Positions 1 through 8,545 are shown, numbered from the stretch's first letter. The stretch is 20,000 nt of DNA from an uncultured virus (IMG/VR IMGVR_UViG_3300029705_006997) (IMGVR_UViG_3300029705_006997); one strand, 5' to 3'. Translations and numbers: made by a program. Notes: generated from the sequence alone by a model not told the origin.

Positions 1-225
1 ATTATCAAGTCGTAAGCCTGTGTACATACCGACAGTATTGGGGTCAATTTCATAAGAAATATCAAAACCTCGAACACAATCGATGGTTTTAATTTTGTAA
101 GTATTTACATCATAGTATAAATACCCAATAACAACAGTACCATCGGGAGCAGCACTATTGGTGTGAGCATCTCCATGAATAACCTTAGTTTCAGCTTTGT
201 ATAAAGCGTCGTAAGCTGTAAACAT
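1..225 (-). CDS. YopX-like protein, N-terminal part (runs off window edge); paralog of 245..922
   Basis: Not in ORF track. Manual translation MFTAYDALYKAETKVIHGDAHTNSAAPDGTVVIGYLYYDVNTYKIKTIDCVRGFDISYEIDPNTVGMYTGLRLDN; RBS AGAAAGGA upstream; aligns without gaps to the N-terminus of 245..922. Confidence 0.85.
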   Translation of the reverse strand, partial: MFTAYDALYKAETKVIHGDAHTNSAAPDGTVVIGYLYYDVNTYKIKTIDCVRGFDISYEIDPNTVGMYTGLRLDN

Positions 226-244
226 ATTGCATCAATCCTTTCTG

Positions 245-922
245 TCAAGTGAACATTCCAAATGAATATTCAGCAACATAGTCCTCATTATTATCGTCTT
301 TATCGTACATTAAAACACGAAGTCTTCCTGTTTCACCAACGAGTTCAAACTTGACAGTAGACGCAGGTTCATTGTTGTTAGGAACAAAGTCAACATCAAT
401 ACCGACATATTCATTATCGTCATTGTAGGCATGTGCTCTGAATGCACCAACAGGTGTAATCAGATTGAGCTGTTCATCGAAAATGCTGACATCTTCTAAG
501 TCGATTTTTTTAGATGCAGTCGGCTTATAGCTTGTTATACGAGTATCATGCCAGTTCCATTTTGTGAATGGAATTATGCCATTATTGACTGTTTTTACAG
601 CAAAGCAGTAATTTGTTTCATCATAAATAACAATGCCGCTATTGCCGTTGTAAAGGTCCAGAACCTCATCGTTGACAAAAACCATGGATTCATCATGTTC
701 GTTATCGAGACGTAAGCCTGTGAAAACACCAACCGTATCCGGGTCAACTTCATAAGAAGTGTAATCACTGCGGCCAAAGTCAAAAACTTTGATTTTATAA
801 GCACCTACATCATGATACAAATGTCCGGTGACGATTGTGCCATCGGGAATACCGTTATTATGCGGGTCTCCGCAGATTGCTTTTGTGAATGCTTTGTATA
901 CAGCTGTTTGAGCATTAAGCAT
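245..922 (-). CDS. YopX-like phage protein with an additional C-terminal domain
   Basis: 225 aa ORF, RBS AAAGGAG; YEVDPDTVGVFTGL...VFVNDEV...GIVIYDE resembles the YopX family motif (EVDPxTVGQxTGLxD...IxEGDIV). Confidence 0.7.
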   Translation of the reverse strand: MLNAQTAVYKAFTKAICGDPHNNGIPDGTIVTGHLYHDVGAYKIKVFDFGRSDYTSYEVDPDTVGVFTGLRLDNEHDESMVFVNDEVLDLYNGNSGIVIYDETNYCFAVKTVNNGIIPFTKWNWHDTRITSYKPTASKKIDLEDVSIFDEQLNLITPVGAFRAHAYNDDNEYVGIDVDFVPNNNEPASTVKFELVGETGRLRVLMYDKDDNNEDYVAEYSFGMFT

Positions 923-957
923 ATATAATTAACTCCTTTTATGAATTATCAGAATAG

Positions 958-985
958 ACACTTCCCCGTATAAACAGGGAAGTGT
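958..985 (-). other. Intergenic RNA hairpin (12-bp stem, UUAU loop), no U-tract
   Basis: Minus strand ACACTTCCCTGT-TTAT-ACGGGGAAGTGT; the one G-U pair works only on the minus (sense) strand. Confidence 0.6.
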
Positions 986-995
986 GATTGTCATG

Positions 996-1763
996 TTACC
1001 TGCTGATTGTGATGTCGATATGACCCATCTTGGTCATAGCATCTTCAGCATATGTATTGTTAATCATCTGTGACAGATTCTTAGGAATGCAGTCACAATC
1101 AAGATAGAATGAGATTGCATCTGCAATAACGCTTGTTTCAAAGCCGTCTGCGTCATAACGAAGATATGTAGTGAGATAAGCTTCGATGTTATCGGCGATA
1201 TTATCTCTGCCTTCAGCTCTGTACTTTTCAATAAGCTCATCGTTATCGACTTTGAGATAATCCTGTGAACAGATTTCATCAGCTGTATCGAAGAGTTCAC
1301 GAACAGCGTCTTCGGAAAGCTTTTCATGAGCTACGAGCATACGATTGCTCTTTTCGATTTCTTCGCCGTCTTCGTATAATGAGAGTGTAATATCGTATAT
1401 GAAGACCTTGTCCTGAACAGCATATGCGTCAAGTCTTGCAGCAAAATCGTCGTCTATCACAATGCCGTCAATGGTTTCGTTCTTATCTTCATATTCATCT
1501 GAAGGCATATTTTCCTGAATCTTGCGACCCTCAGCATAAGCCTTGATAATATCATCCATAAGAGCTGTGTCTGCGAAAATCTTGTCACAATCGTGGTCAA
1601 ACCTCATTGTGCGTCTGATGAACTTTTCGATATCTCTGCGATATTCAGTCAGTGTACGCATTTCGCGGACAATAGCTTCGACATCAGCAGCTGCGATGCT
1701 GATAGAGCCTGTTTCATTTGTAAGAGTAAGCATATTTTCATTAAGACAGGTTGTTGTGTTCAT
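996..1763 (-). CDS. Acidic hypothetical protein
   Basis: 255 aa ORF, RBS AAGAAAGGA, same orientation as neighbours. Confidence 0.85.
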   Translation of the reverse strand: MNTTTCLNENMLTLTNETGSISIAAADVEAIVREMRTLTEYRRDIEKFIRRTMRFDHDCDKIFADTALMDDIIKAYAEGRKIQENMPSDEYEDKNETIDGIVIDDDFAARLDAYAVQDKVFIYDITLSLYEDGEEIEKSNRMLVAHEKLSEDAVRELFDTADEICSQDYLKVDNDELIEKYRAEGRDNIADNIEAYLTTYLRYDADGFETSVIADAISFYLDCDCIPKNLSQMINNTYAEDAMTKMGHIDITISR

Positions 1764-1826
1764 AGTGATAAATCCTTTCTTGCTTTTGAATGTATTTGTT
1801 AGTGGCGAAAATTGTTTTCGTTGATT

Positions 1827-2297
1827 TTAATTCGTCACATCTGCTGTTGCTTCATCCTGTGGACAAAAACGTACAGGAAGACCTGTCAACTCACTCAGTT
1901 TCTTTACACCATAAACAATTGTATGGAACATAGCTGTCAAGTCCTTATTTGATTTAGCACGAAGTTCTTCGAGAATATATTCAGCTGTTTCCTTTGTAAG
2001 TGTAAGAATGGCATTGATGAAAGCGGTCTTTCCGTCTTCTTCGGAAACTGTTTTTTCAAACATTTCATCCACCCAAATTGAGCCTTCGTCTTCAATTGTA
2101 GGGTGGTCGATAAGATAAGCGTTGTTGTCTTCATCAAAGTCGCGGATACGAACGATAAGACCTGAAAATACGGTCATATCCTCAGTAACAGCAATATCTT
2201 CAGCCTGATTTGCCATTCTGTAATTGTTTCCGATAGCAAGGTCGCTGCGGACCTGCACGTAATCTCCGATTTTGTACATAGTGTTGGTTGTGTTCAT
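1827..2297 (-). CDS. Hypothetical phage-type protein with N-terminal SH3/KOW-like beta-barrel
   Basis: 156 aa; YKIGDYVQVRSDL...EDM...G..VRI...YLI...WVDEMFE is a pattern typical of small phage proteins; RBS AAGAAAGGA. Confidence 0.75.
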   Translation of the reverse strand: MNTTNTMYKIGDYVQVRSDLAIGNNYRMANQAEDIAVTEDMTVFSGLIVRIRDFDEDNNAYLIDHPTIEDEGSIWVDEMFEKTVSEEDGKTAFINAILTLTKETAEYILEELRAKSNKDLTAMFHTIVYGVKKLSELTGLPVRFCPQDEATADVTN

Positions 2298-2360
2298 GAT
2301 GATAAATCCTTTCTTGATTTTAATTTATTTATTGATTTTTTTTGAATAGAATTGAATATG

Positions 2361-2600
2361 TCATGTATTACGGCTTTCATTATATGTCCAGCCTTTGACA
2401 TACTTAGGGCTTGAAATTCTTTTTGCTTCACGAACTGCTTCTTTTGGTATTGAAAAAATGCTGCAGAATTTCAAAGATGAATTGCTGTCCAAACGCTGTT
2501 GTCGTACTGCTTTATACGATTCAGTGCTATGATATGTTTCAATAAAATGTTCATGCTTGTCCATATCAGCGACAACAGCAAAGAGCATATCATGTTTCAT
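2361..2600 (-). CDS. Hypothetical protein
   Basis: 79 aa ORF filling the gap in the operon, GAAAGAG upstream. Confidence 0.7.
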   Translation of the reverse strand: MKHDMLFAVVADMDKHEHFIETYHSTESYKAVRQQRLDSNSSLKFCSIFSIPKEAVREAKRISSPKYVKGWTYNESRNT

Positions 2601-2614
2601 TTTATATCACTCTT

Positions 2615-2788
2615 TCATAATGCAATCTGGTCAGGTGTCAGGAACACCGTTGTTTGTTGTTCATGATAAAATCCACTGCAAGATACAGCTGTGAGTTCCT
2701 GAATGTTTTCATTCCAAACGCTGTTTATCTTTATTTCAGTATCATCAGGTAAATTTTCAATGATACTTTTCATTTCTTTTACGGTCAT
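2615..2788 (-). CDS. Small hypothetical protein (57 aa)
   Basis: Below ORF-track cutoff. Manual translation MTVKEMKSIIENLPDDTEIKINSVWNENIQELTAVSCSGFYHEQQTTVFLTPDQIAL; RBS AAGAAAGGG; MTVKE..LP.D start is common among small phage proteins. Confidence 0.75.
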   Translation of the reverse strand: MTVKEMKSIIENLPDDTEIKINSVWNENIQELTAVSCSGFYHEQQTTVFLTPDQIAL

Positions 2789-2814
2789 AGCAAAAACCCT
2801 TTCTTGATTATTGT

Positions 2815-3984
2815 TTAATTCGCTTTGAAGTTGTATATAGGAATGATACGTTCAAGGATTTCCACAGTAGGCTCTATACACTCCATGATTTCAGTGTAGT
2901 TTTTGTAAGCAAACGGTGCTTCATCAAGAGTGCTTTCATTTACGCAGGTAGTGTAAATACCTGCTGTTTTCATTGTATCAGCATATTCTTCAACAGAGAA
3001 GATTTCCTTAGCTTTTGAGCGTGAGTATAATCTTCCTGCACCGTGAGGGGCTGAATAGTTCCATTCAGGATTGCCTTTGCCTTTGCATACAAGCATACCA
3101 TCACGCATATTAAGAGGAATGACCAATATTTCATCTCTTTTCGCAGAGATGGCGCCCTTGCGGAGAATCATGCTTTCTATATCAATATAGTTGTGAATGG
3201 AATTGATATGAGAAACAATTTTGCCGGACATCCGAGTCACAATAGCGTTGAGCATCGTGAAGCGATTCTGGTCAGCAAATTTCTGCATGATAGCTATATC
3301 GTGGAGATAGTCCTGCATATCTTGTCCTGTAAGATAGCACAGGTCACGAGATATATTTATCTTATTTTCCTGCAGCCAAAGTTCACGCTTGACAGGCGGG
3401 ATAGTCTGCAATAATTCTGTCAGTGTTTTGTGATTGTGTTCTTTTGTACGCTGTTCAGCAAGGTTCTGATAATACTTTGCCACAGCAAGACCTATATTAC
3501 GGCTGCCGCTGTGTACAGCGATATAGCCATTTTTGTAAGCCTCAAGAAAATGATTGCCGCCGCCAAGGGTGCCCATGGCACGCTTTGCTCTGTCTTGAAC
3601 TTCTTTGGTGAGTTTGTCCCAACAAAGGAGTTTGGTAAAGTCAAAATAGACCTCATTCTCGTGTACTGCCATACCATGAGGTATGTTCTTTCGAATAACC
3701 TCGTCGAGTTCAGGAAGACGATTTTCAAAGTCAATGTCGGTATGGACAAGGTCGACTCCACATCCAATGTCTACACCCACGAGATTAGGGCAAATTTTAT
3801 CGGTAATTGTCATCGTTGTTCCGATAACACAGCCTGCGCCTGCGTGAGCATCAGGCATGATTCGGATATTGGCGTTTTCTCCGATAGGGGAATTGGCCAT
3901 TTCGCTGATTTGTGAAATAGCTTCCTGTTCGATGGTCTTGGCATAGACAATGACATCACCGTGTTTTGAAGTTAAGGTAAACAT
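2815..3984 (-). CDS. rtcB: RtcB family RNA ligase (3'-phosphate/2',3'-cyclic phosphate to 5'-OH)
   Basis: 389 aa with the RtcB motifs MPDAHAG, GVDIGCG, GTLGGGNHF, HSGSR, HNY, RKGA, SAPHGAGR (guanylylated His) and DEAPFAYK. Confidence 0.97.
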   Translation of the reverse strand: MFTLTSKHGDVIVYAKTIEQEAISQISEMANSPIGENANIRIMPDAHAGAGCVIGTTMTITDKICPNLVGVDIGCGVDLVHTDIDFENRLPELDEVIRKNIPHGMAVHENEVYFDFTKLLCWDKLTKEVQDRAKRAMGTLGGGNHFLEAYKNGYIAVHSGSRNIGLAVAKYYQNLAEQRTKEHNHKTLTELLQTIPPVKRELWLQENKINISRDLCYLTGQDMQDYLHDIAIMQKFADQNRFTMLNAIVTRMSGKIVSHINSIHNYIDIESMILRKGAISAKRDEILVIPLNMRDGMLVCKGKGNPEWNYSAPHGAGRLYSRSKAKEIFSVEEYADTMKTAGIYTTCVNESTLDEAPFAYKNYTEIMECIEPTVEILERIIPIYNFKAN

Positions 3985-4005
3985 TGTATCACGTCCTTTC
4001 TTTGT

Positions 4006-4299
4006 TTACAAGAATATGCTAAGTATAAAAACAAATATTGTAAACATATACGATAGCATTATGAATAGCATTATCAAACCGACAGGAGAAAGAATAAAGG
4101 GTTGATTTTTTGTCGGTTTTGATGGTATCTTGTTTTTAGAAGGTTTTGTGGGATTGATTATATTATTATCATTTTCCCAAAAGCCTATCTTGGGGTCATA
4201 AGGTGGAATATAAGGTTTTTTGGTTCTTATTTTTATGATTTTATGCTTATTTGATTTGTGTTTTGATGAAACTTTTTTAATTATCCATCTGTTAGACAT
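4006..4299 (-). CDS. Basic protein with C-terminal transmembrane helix
   Basis: Start re-assigned to MSNRWII (RBS GGAAAGG); the upstream part of track ORF 4006..4557 overlaps the next gene; hydrophobic C-terminus GLIMLFIMLSYMFTIFVFILSIFL. Confidence 0.7.
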   Translation of the reverse strand: MSNRWIIKKVSSKHKSNKHKIIKIRTKKPYIPPYDPKIGFWENDNNIINPTKPSKNKIPSKPTKNQPFILSPVGLIMLFIMLSYMFTIFVFILSIFL

Positions 4300-4303
4300 G
4301 GTT

Positions 4304-4582
4304 TTAAGCCTTTCCATCCATTGTTGCTCCGCAATGCGGACAAAAATCGGGAGCCACAACAAAGCTTCTGTTGGGCGTATTTTTATGGCAATGCTTGCAT
4401 CTGAAACAATAATCGAAGACATCATTGCCTGTTTTAATGAGTTCCCAGCTGCTATGAATGACAGCCTTGACATCAGCGGCAGGGATTTCTTCAACAGCTG
4501 ATACCGGGTCACTGCAGTCACCGCCGCATTCCCATATTGCATCAATGGCTGTTTCACGGCTTATATATTCACAATCAGGCAT
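4304..4582 (-). CDS. Phage-type zinc-ribbon protein
   Basis: EYISRETAI...IPAADVKAVIHSSW...CKHC...FCPHCGATMD, two CxxC pairs; start MPDCEY with RBS GGAAAGGA. Confidence 0.85.
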   Translation of the reverse strand: MPDCEYISRETAIDAIWECGGDCSDPVSAVEEIPAADVKAVIHSSWELIKTGNDVFDYCFRCKHCHKNTPNRSFVVAPDFCPHCGATMDGKA

Positions 4583-4745
4583 TGTTCTCAGTCCTTTCCG
4601 GAGCTTCTTCATATTCATCTATTGTTTCATACAGCTTGTCTGTTGAAATATCCAGAAGCTCAGCTGCAAATTCGCCGGCGGATATGTCTGTACCTGTTTT
4701 GATGAGAGTTCTTATAATATCTTCGGTAGAGAATAAAGGCATCAT
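4575..4745 (-). CDS. Small acidic hypothetical protein
   Basis: Start re-assigned to MMPLFSTED (RBS AAGAAAGGA); stop overlaps the start of the next gene. Confidence 0.7.
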   Translation of the reverse strand: MMPLFSTEDIIRTLIKTGTDISAGEFAAELLDISTDKLYETIDEYEEAPERTENNA

Positions 4746-4761
4746 ATTTTTAAATCCTTTC

Positions 4762-5130
4762 TTAGTATATTTTATTGATTTCTCGTTTGTTGATTTCACC
4801 TGTGACATTGTTTTTCCAAGTATAAAGCTCAGCGGTTACGATATCACCCTTTTCATAGCTATAGCAATCATCAAGAATGCTTATATTTTCAAAAATATAG
4901 CTATCTGATAAATCATATTCTTCGCTGTAAACAGAAATCTTGACAGAGCGGCGAATAGCGGGTGCTGCCCCATATACTTGATGTTCAACATCAGTAATAA
5001 CGACTTCGATATCCTTCCAATACAAATGATTGGTATCAGGTGGGGGAGCGTAATCATATTCGCGATTGCTATCACAACCGCAAAACAGCAATAAAGCTGT
5101 TAATAACGTAATGATTATATTTTTCCGCAT
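4762..5130 (-). CDS. Putative lipoprotein, possibly OB-fold-like
   Basis: Signal peptide MRKNIIITLLTALLLFCGC ending in a lipobox-like Cys; beta-rich mature part. Confidence 0.75.
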   Translation of the reverse strand: MRKNIIITLLTALLLFCGCDSNREYDYAPPPDTNHLYWKDIEVVITDVEHQVYGAAPAIRRSVKISVYSEEYDLSDSYIFENISILDDCYSYEKGDIVTAELYTWKNNVTGEINKREINKIY

Positions 5131-5281
5131 AAACGCCCTCTTTTCAAAATATTCTTTATGATTGATTTTCTTATGAATTAATGTTTTATGAGTATAGTGT
5201 TTTTCAGATTATTCTATTTGTCTGTTTTCAAATCCTTTCTTGATATATTTTGTCCTTATACGTTGTCGATTTTGTGTAAAG

Positions 5282-6604
5282 TTAATTTGCGAGCTGAAGC
5301 ACATTGCTTGAATTCATTTTGATTCTTATTTTCTGTATGTGATTGTTATAGAAGCACATTTTTTCTTCATTTGTAGCTGTGATTCGTGTCATTGAGTACA
5401 ATCGGTGCATCAAATCCATACCATTCACTTCTGTGAATATATTTTCAGTTGCGTATCTATTGAATACATTCAGCAATACGATTTCTTTCAATGTATTTGC
5501 TTCGGTTGCGTTGAAGTCATCCAATGTACAGTGAGCTATTCCATTTGCATCCAGCAAATCACTCATTGTTTTGCTGAACTTTTCGTCTTCGGTAACACAA
5601 TAGAATTTTGCACCGGGTAATGATGACATTACACCCCAAAAGTCAGAATCGCTTGATACCAATACAAATGACGTTATGCCCTGTTGATAATATTCTTGGC
5701 CAATTCCCATTGCCATTCGAATATCAACCAACGATTTTTCTGCCATTACGCGCTTAACGACTATGTGTTCGATGATATTGACATCTATGTAATTTTTCAG
5801 GAAGTCCCATCCCATAGTAGTATGTTCATCATCAAACAGAATGATTTTGTGTATCTTTTTTATAGTTTTCTGGTCCAATGACATCAGCATAGCATATAAT
5901 TTATATACATCTGAGTTTTCACAGTCAACTACCAAATCAACAGTGTTTCTTGCAGTTATGAAATCCGTCAATGACATTTTGCCATTTGCATTGTTGCAAT
6001 AATTATTCATTGTGAAATGGCGACCATGCATTCCATACACTATTTTCAAAAATCTTGTATCACTTGCCAACAAATCGCCTACATCATGTGGTTTCCAGTG
6101 TATATACATTTTGTTTGGATATTCATCCCTATGTGTCTGATAAGCTTTGATTTGTTTCTTTTGCTCATTGGGTTTATTACAGTTTGGACACACAAACAAA
6201 TCTTTCATATAATCCCATTCTATCCAATCAGGATAAAATTCAGCACAAGCATTTATGTTTTCAGAAATGAGTTTATTTATGAAGACCAAGTAATCTGTAT
6301 TCTTACCGTTGGGTATATGAATTTCAATACCCATATTCTTCAAATATGCTATGGCGTTTGCATCAAACCAATCCATTTGTTCAAAACGTTTGAAATCATA
6401 TTTCAATGCAGTGTCGGTTTTTTCAAAATTCATAAGCAGATTTGTTCTTAAAATACACAGTGAACGTATTTTTGTCGCAGCTTCAGATTTCATCATTGCT
6501 ATGATGATGTCAGAACAAGTGGGGTATTTTTCAAGCAGAGTGGTATCAGCTATACCAATCAAATAGGCTGTTTTACTTACAATATCGTTTGTTACTTCAC
6601 CCAT
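5282..6604 (-). CDS. NYN (LabA/DUF88, PIN-like) domain protein, putative ribonuclease, with ~215 aa N-terminal extension
   Basis: VVDCENS, KSLVDIRM and FVLVSSDSDF are the acidic catalytic motifs of NYN domains; RBS AGGAGG. Confidence 0.85.
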   Translation of the reverse strand: MGEVTNDIVSKTAYLIGIADTTLLEKYPTCSDIIIAMMKSEAATKIRSLCILRTNLLMNFEKTDTALKYDFKRFEQMDWFDANAIAYLKNMGIEIHIPNGKNTDYLVFINKLISENINACAEFYPDWIEWDYMKDLFVCPNCNKPNEQKKQIKAYQTHRDEYPNKMYIHWKPHDVGDLLASDTRFLKIVYGMHGRHFTMNNYCNNANGKMSLTDFITARNTVDLVVDCENSDVYKLYAMLMSLDQKTIKKIHKIILFDDEHTTMGWDFLKNYIDVNIIEHIVVKRVMAEKSLVDIRMAMGIGQEYYQQGITSFVLVSSDSDFWGVMSSLPGAKFYCVTEDEKFSKTMSDLLDANGIAHCTLDDFNATEANTLKEIVLLNVFNRYATENIFTEVNGMDLMHRLYSMTRITATNEEKMCFYNNHIQKIRIKMNSSNVLQLAN

Positions 6605-6618
6605 TTTTACCTCCTATA

Positions 6619-6738
6619 TTATTTTAGATTTTTCATGTGAGTTTTTTTCTTTCGCATTTTCATGCAATCCCGTATAATACGTCTGGCTTTTTCTTCACGA
6701 GTTAAGGTCTTATGATATGTTTTATGAATCGGATGCAT
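6619..6738 (-). CDS. Small basic peptide (39 aa)
   Basis: Manual translation MHPIHKTYHKTLTREEKARRIIRDCMKMRKKKTHMKNLK; RBS GGAAGGA; ends just before the RBS of the NYN gene. Confidence 0.5.
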   Translation of the reverse strand: MHPIHKTYHKTLTREEKARRIIRDCMKMRKKKTHMKNLK

Positions 6739-6764
6739 AACATCATTTCCTTCCATGAATAGTA

Positions 6765-6802
6765 TTTATAGACAACCCCGTTTGTCTGTAAAGACAAAAA
6801 AA
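6765..6802. repeat. 38-bp dispersed intergenic repeat, copy 1 (contains 7-bp hairpin with GTAA loop)
   Basis: tttatagacaaccccgtttgtctgtaaagacaaaaaaa; 33/38 identical to 11779..11816. Confidence 0.85.
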
Positions 6803-6805
6803 TGA

Positions 6806-7444
6806 TTATTTCGTTTTTAATCGAATTATTGAAATGGCGTCCATGAGAAGACAGCTTTCATGCATATTTAATGTTTGAGACATAGTGCTCAGCAAATTAC
6901 AGATTTCGTTGACATAATCAGGGTCAGATAATCTGTCTGTTATTTGAAAATCAGCAGAATTATGATTATTTTTCAAGTCATCGATATTGACAATTTCTGT
7001 TTTGGTCAATGACAGAGGCATAAATTCTGTATCAGGTTGGCTTGTTTTCAGATTTTCAAGATATGATTCAACAAATGCTTTGGCTGCAGCATTTGTTTTG
7101 CCCGTGAATTGAGTTTCACAGATTTTATGGTCTATACTGTTTGTATATTTCAGTATATACAAATATGGGTCCTGAAGCTTCAATGCTTCTTCTTTCATAC
7201 GGCGTTCAAACTCAGATTTGTACGCAGATGCTCGTTTTTGGGCATCTACAATTACATCCTGTTTTGTACGAATGTCTGCATATATGTGATGAGTGGTATC
7301 ATATGCAAATTTTGTATACAGAATGTAAAGATGTTCAGTTGAAATATTTCTGAGTTTGTCATCTTTGTGAGACATAGCTTTGGCAAAATCCAATAAGTCG
7401 CAATCTCTGAAGCCTTTGAGTGTTGTGAAAATGATATCCGACAT
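6806..7444 (-). CDS. Hypothetical protein; N-terminal ~95 aa paralogous to 8793..9317
   Basis: 212 aa; shared CDLxDFxxAMSxKxDxxxxISTExLYILYTKF; RBS AAGAAAGGA. Confidence 0.85.
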   Translation of the reverse strand: MSDIIFTTLKGFRDCDLLDFAKAMSHKDDKLRNISTEHLYILYTKFAYDTTHHIYADIRTKQDVIVDAQKRASAYKSEFERRMKEEALKLQDPYLYILKYTNSIDHKICETQFTGKTNAAAKAFVESYLENLKTSQPDTEFMPLSLTKTEIVNIDDLKNNHNSADFQITDRLSDPDYVNEICNLLSTMSQTLNMHESCLLMDAISIIRLKTK

Positions 7445-7504
7445 ATTCGAAATCCTTTCTTATGCTGTAAATTATTATGTTTAAGAATTTTGTTGATATT
7501 TATG

Positions 7505-7536
7505 AAAACAAAAGCTCCCGATGACAGCATCGGGAG
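7505..7536 (-). terminator. Intrinsic terminator of the antitoxin-fic operon
   Basis: Minus strand CTCCCGATG-CTGT-CATCGGGAG-C-TTTTGTTTT directly after the fic stop codon. Confidence 0.85.
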
Positions 7537-7541
7537 TATAA

Positions 7542-8291
7542 TTACTTATTATACGAATCAGCGATATCAGGTGATGAAATGTCAGGTGACTTTGGGGCAA
7601 AGTTATCTGAAACAGCTGTATCATAGCGTGATAATTTTATAGCTTTTGCTTCAGCTGTTTTAGTTTTTTCTGTCATTTCACATTGTCTGGCACCACGTTC
7701 CATGCTGTCTTTGAATATTTTTGTTAAATGTTCAGTTTCAGAATATTGTCCGATAGATGACATCACCAAAGCTGTTCTCGTATAGCCTGAATGAGAGGCA
7801 AATAATTGTCTGTCCATAGGGAATCCGTGTGCGTCGGCAAATTGACAAGCGAACGTCATGGTTGTTCGGGTGTTGCCTTCTCTGAATGGATGAGCTTGCC
7901 ATAATTCAGCAATATTTTTTGCATATTTTTCAGCTCGTTCATCAGGGGACAGACTGTTCCAATCAGTGTCATGAAGTTTTTTGATAGCTTTCTTGGCATT
8001 TTTCTCGATTTCATTTGGATAAGCATATTGAACTGACATGCCACCCAATGCCTTTTCGCTTTTGCTGATAGGTATTTCTCGTTCTTCGCCGGCCCAATCA
8101 TAAATGTCTCCGAAAATATGCTTATGGAGTTTTTTGTAGTGGGCATAATCAAAATCACCTTTGATTTCATCAACTGTCATCATTTTTGTGGATGTTATGT
8201 CTGCTTCTGCGTCACTTAAAGCAGTCCTATCTTTGATGCCGAGTTTATTTTTCAGCACATCTGAATTTTCATACAAATATGGGTCAACCAT
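7542..8291 (-). CDS. fic: Fic domain protein (FicT-like toxin) with C-terminal extension
   Basis: DPYLY...VLKNKLGI, LHKHIFGDIYDWAG, Fic motif HPFREGNTRT; start re-assigned to MVDPY, overlapping the antitoxin stop. Confidence 0.93.
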   Translation of the reverse strand: MVDPYLYENSDVLKNKLGIKDRTALSDAEADITSTKMMTVDEIKGDFDYAHYKKLHKHIFGDIYDWAGEEREIPISKSEKALGGMSVQYAYPNEIEKNAKKAIKKLHDTDWNSLSPDERAEKYAKNIAELWQAHPFREGNTRTTMTFACQFADAHGFPMDRQLFASHSGYTRTALVMSSIGQYSETEHLTKIFKDSMERGARQCEMTEKTKTAEAKAIKLSRYDTAVSDNFAPKSPDISSPDIADSYNK

Positions 8292-8481
8292 TGTTTTGTG
8301 AATATGAAGCAATGATAGAAGTTTCTACTTCTTTCAGCTCCATTTCTCCGTTGATATATTTACCGAAAAGAGCCATAGCTTTTTCAGTAGGGGGCTTTGA
8401 GTCCAGTGACGCTAAAGCAAGACCGTTTTTGATGATTTCTTTTCGCTCTTCGCGAGTGGTGTCTTTAATTAAAACACTCAT
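8284..8481 (-). CDS. VbhA/FicA-like antitoxin
   Basis: 65 aa directly upstream of and overlapping fic; ...PTEKAMALFGKYINGEMELKE matches the VbhA-like Y(I/V)xGE(I/M) pattern. Confidence 0.8.
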   Translation of the reverse strand: MSVLIKDTTREERKEIIKNGLALASLDSKPPTEKAMALFGKYINGEMELKEVETSIIASYSQNNG

Positions 8482-8516
8482 AAATCTGTTCCTTTCATAT
8501 AGATTTTACTGATATT

Positions 8517-8545
8517 ATTATAGCATAATTGCTGTGAAAAAGCAA
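8517..8545 (-). promoter_or_regulatory. Sigma-A promoter of the antitoxin-fic operon with overlapping inverted repeat
   Basis: Minus strand TTGCTT-17 nt-TATAAT with extended -10 TG; inverted repeat ATTGCT-7 nt-AGCAAT at 8528..8546. Confidence 0.75.

Noticed and set aside
3193..3915. Plus-strand ORFs inside rtcB, and similar antisense or alternate-frame ORFs elsewhere in the track (for example 4537..4908, 6017..6451, 15495..16698)
   Set aside because: They lie within better-supported genes, lack clear RBS and have atypical composition; treated as shadow ORFs.
4300..4557. N-terminal extension of track ORF 4006..4557
   Set aside because: It overlaps the zinc-ribbon gene in another frame; an RBS-supported ATG exists at 4299.
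5212..5245. Strong RBS-like AAGAAAGGA on the minus strand in the 5131-5281 spacer
   Set aside because: No properly spaced start codon with a meaningful ORF follows; at most a gene remnant.
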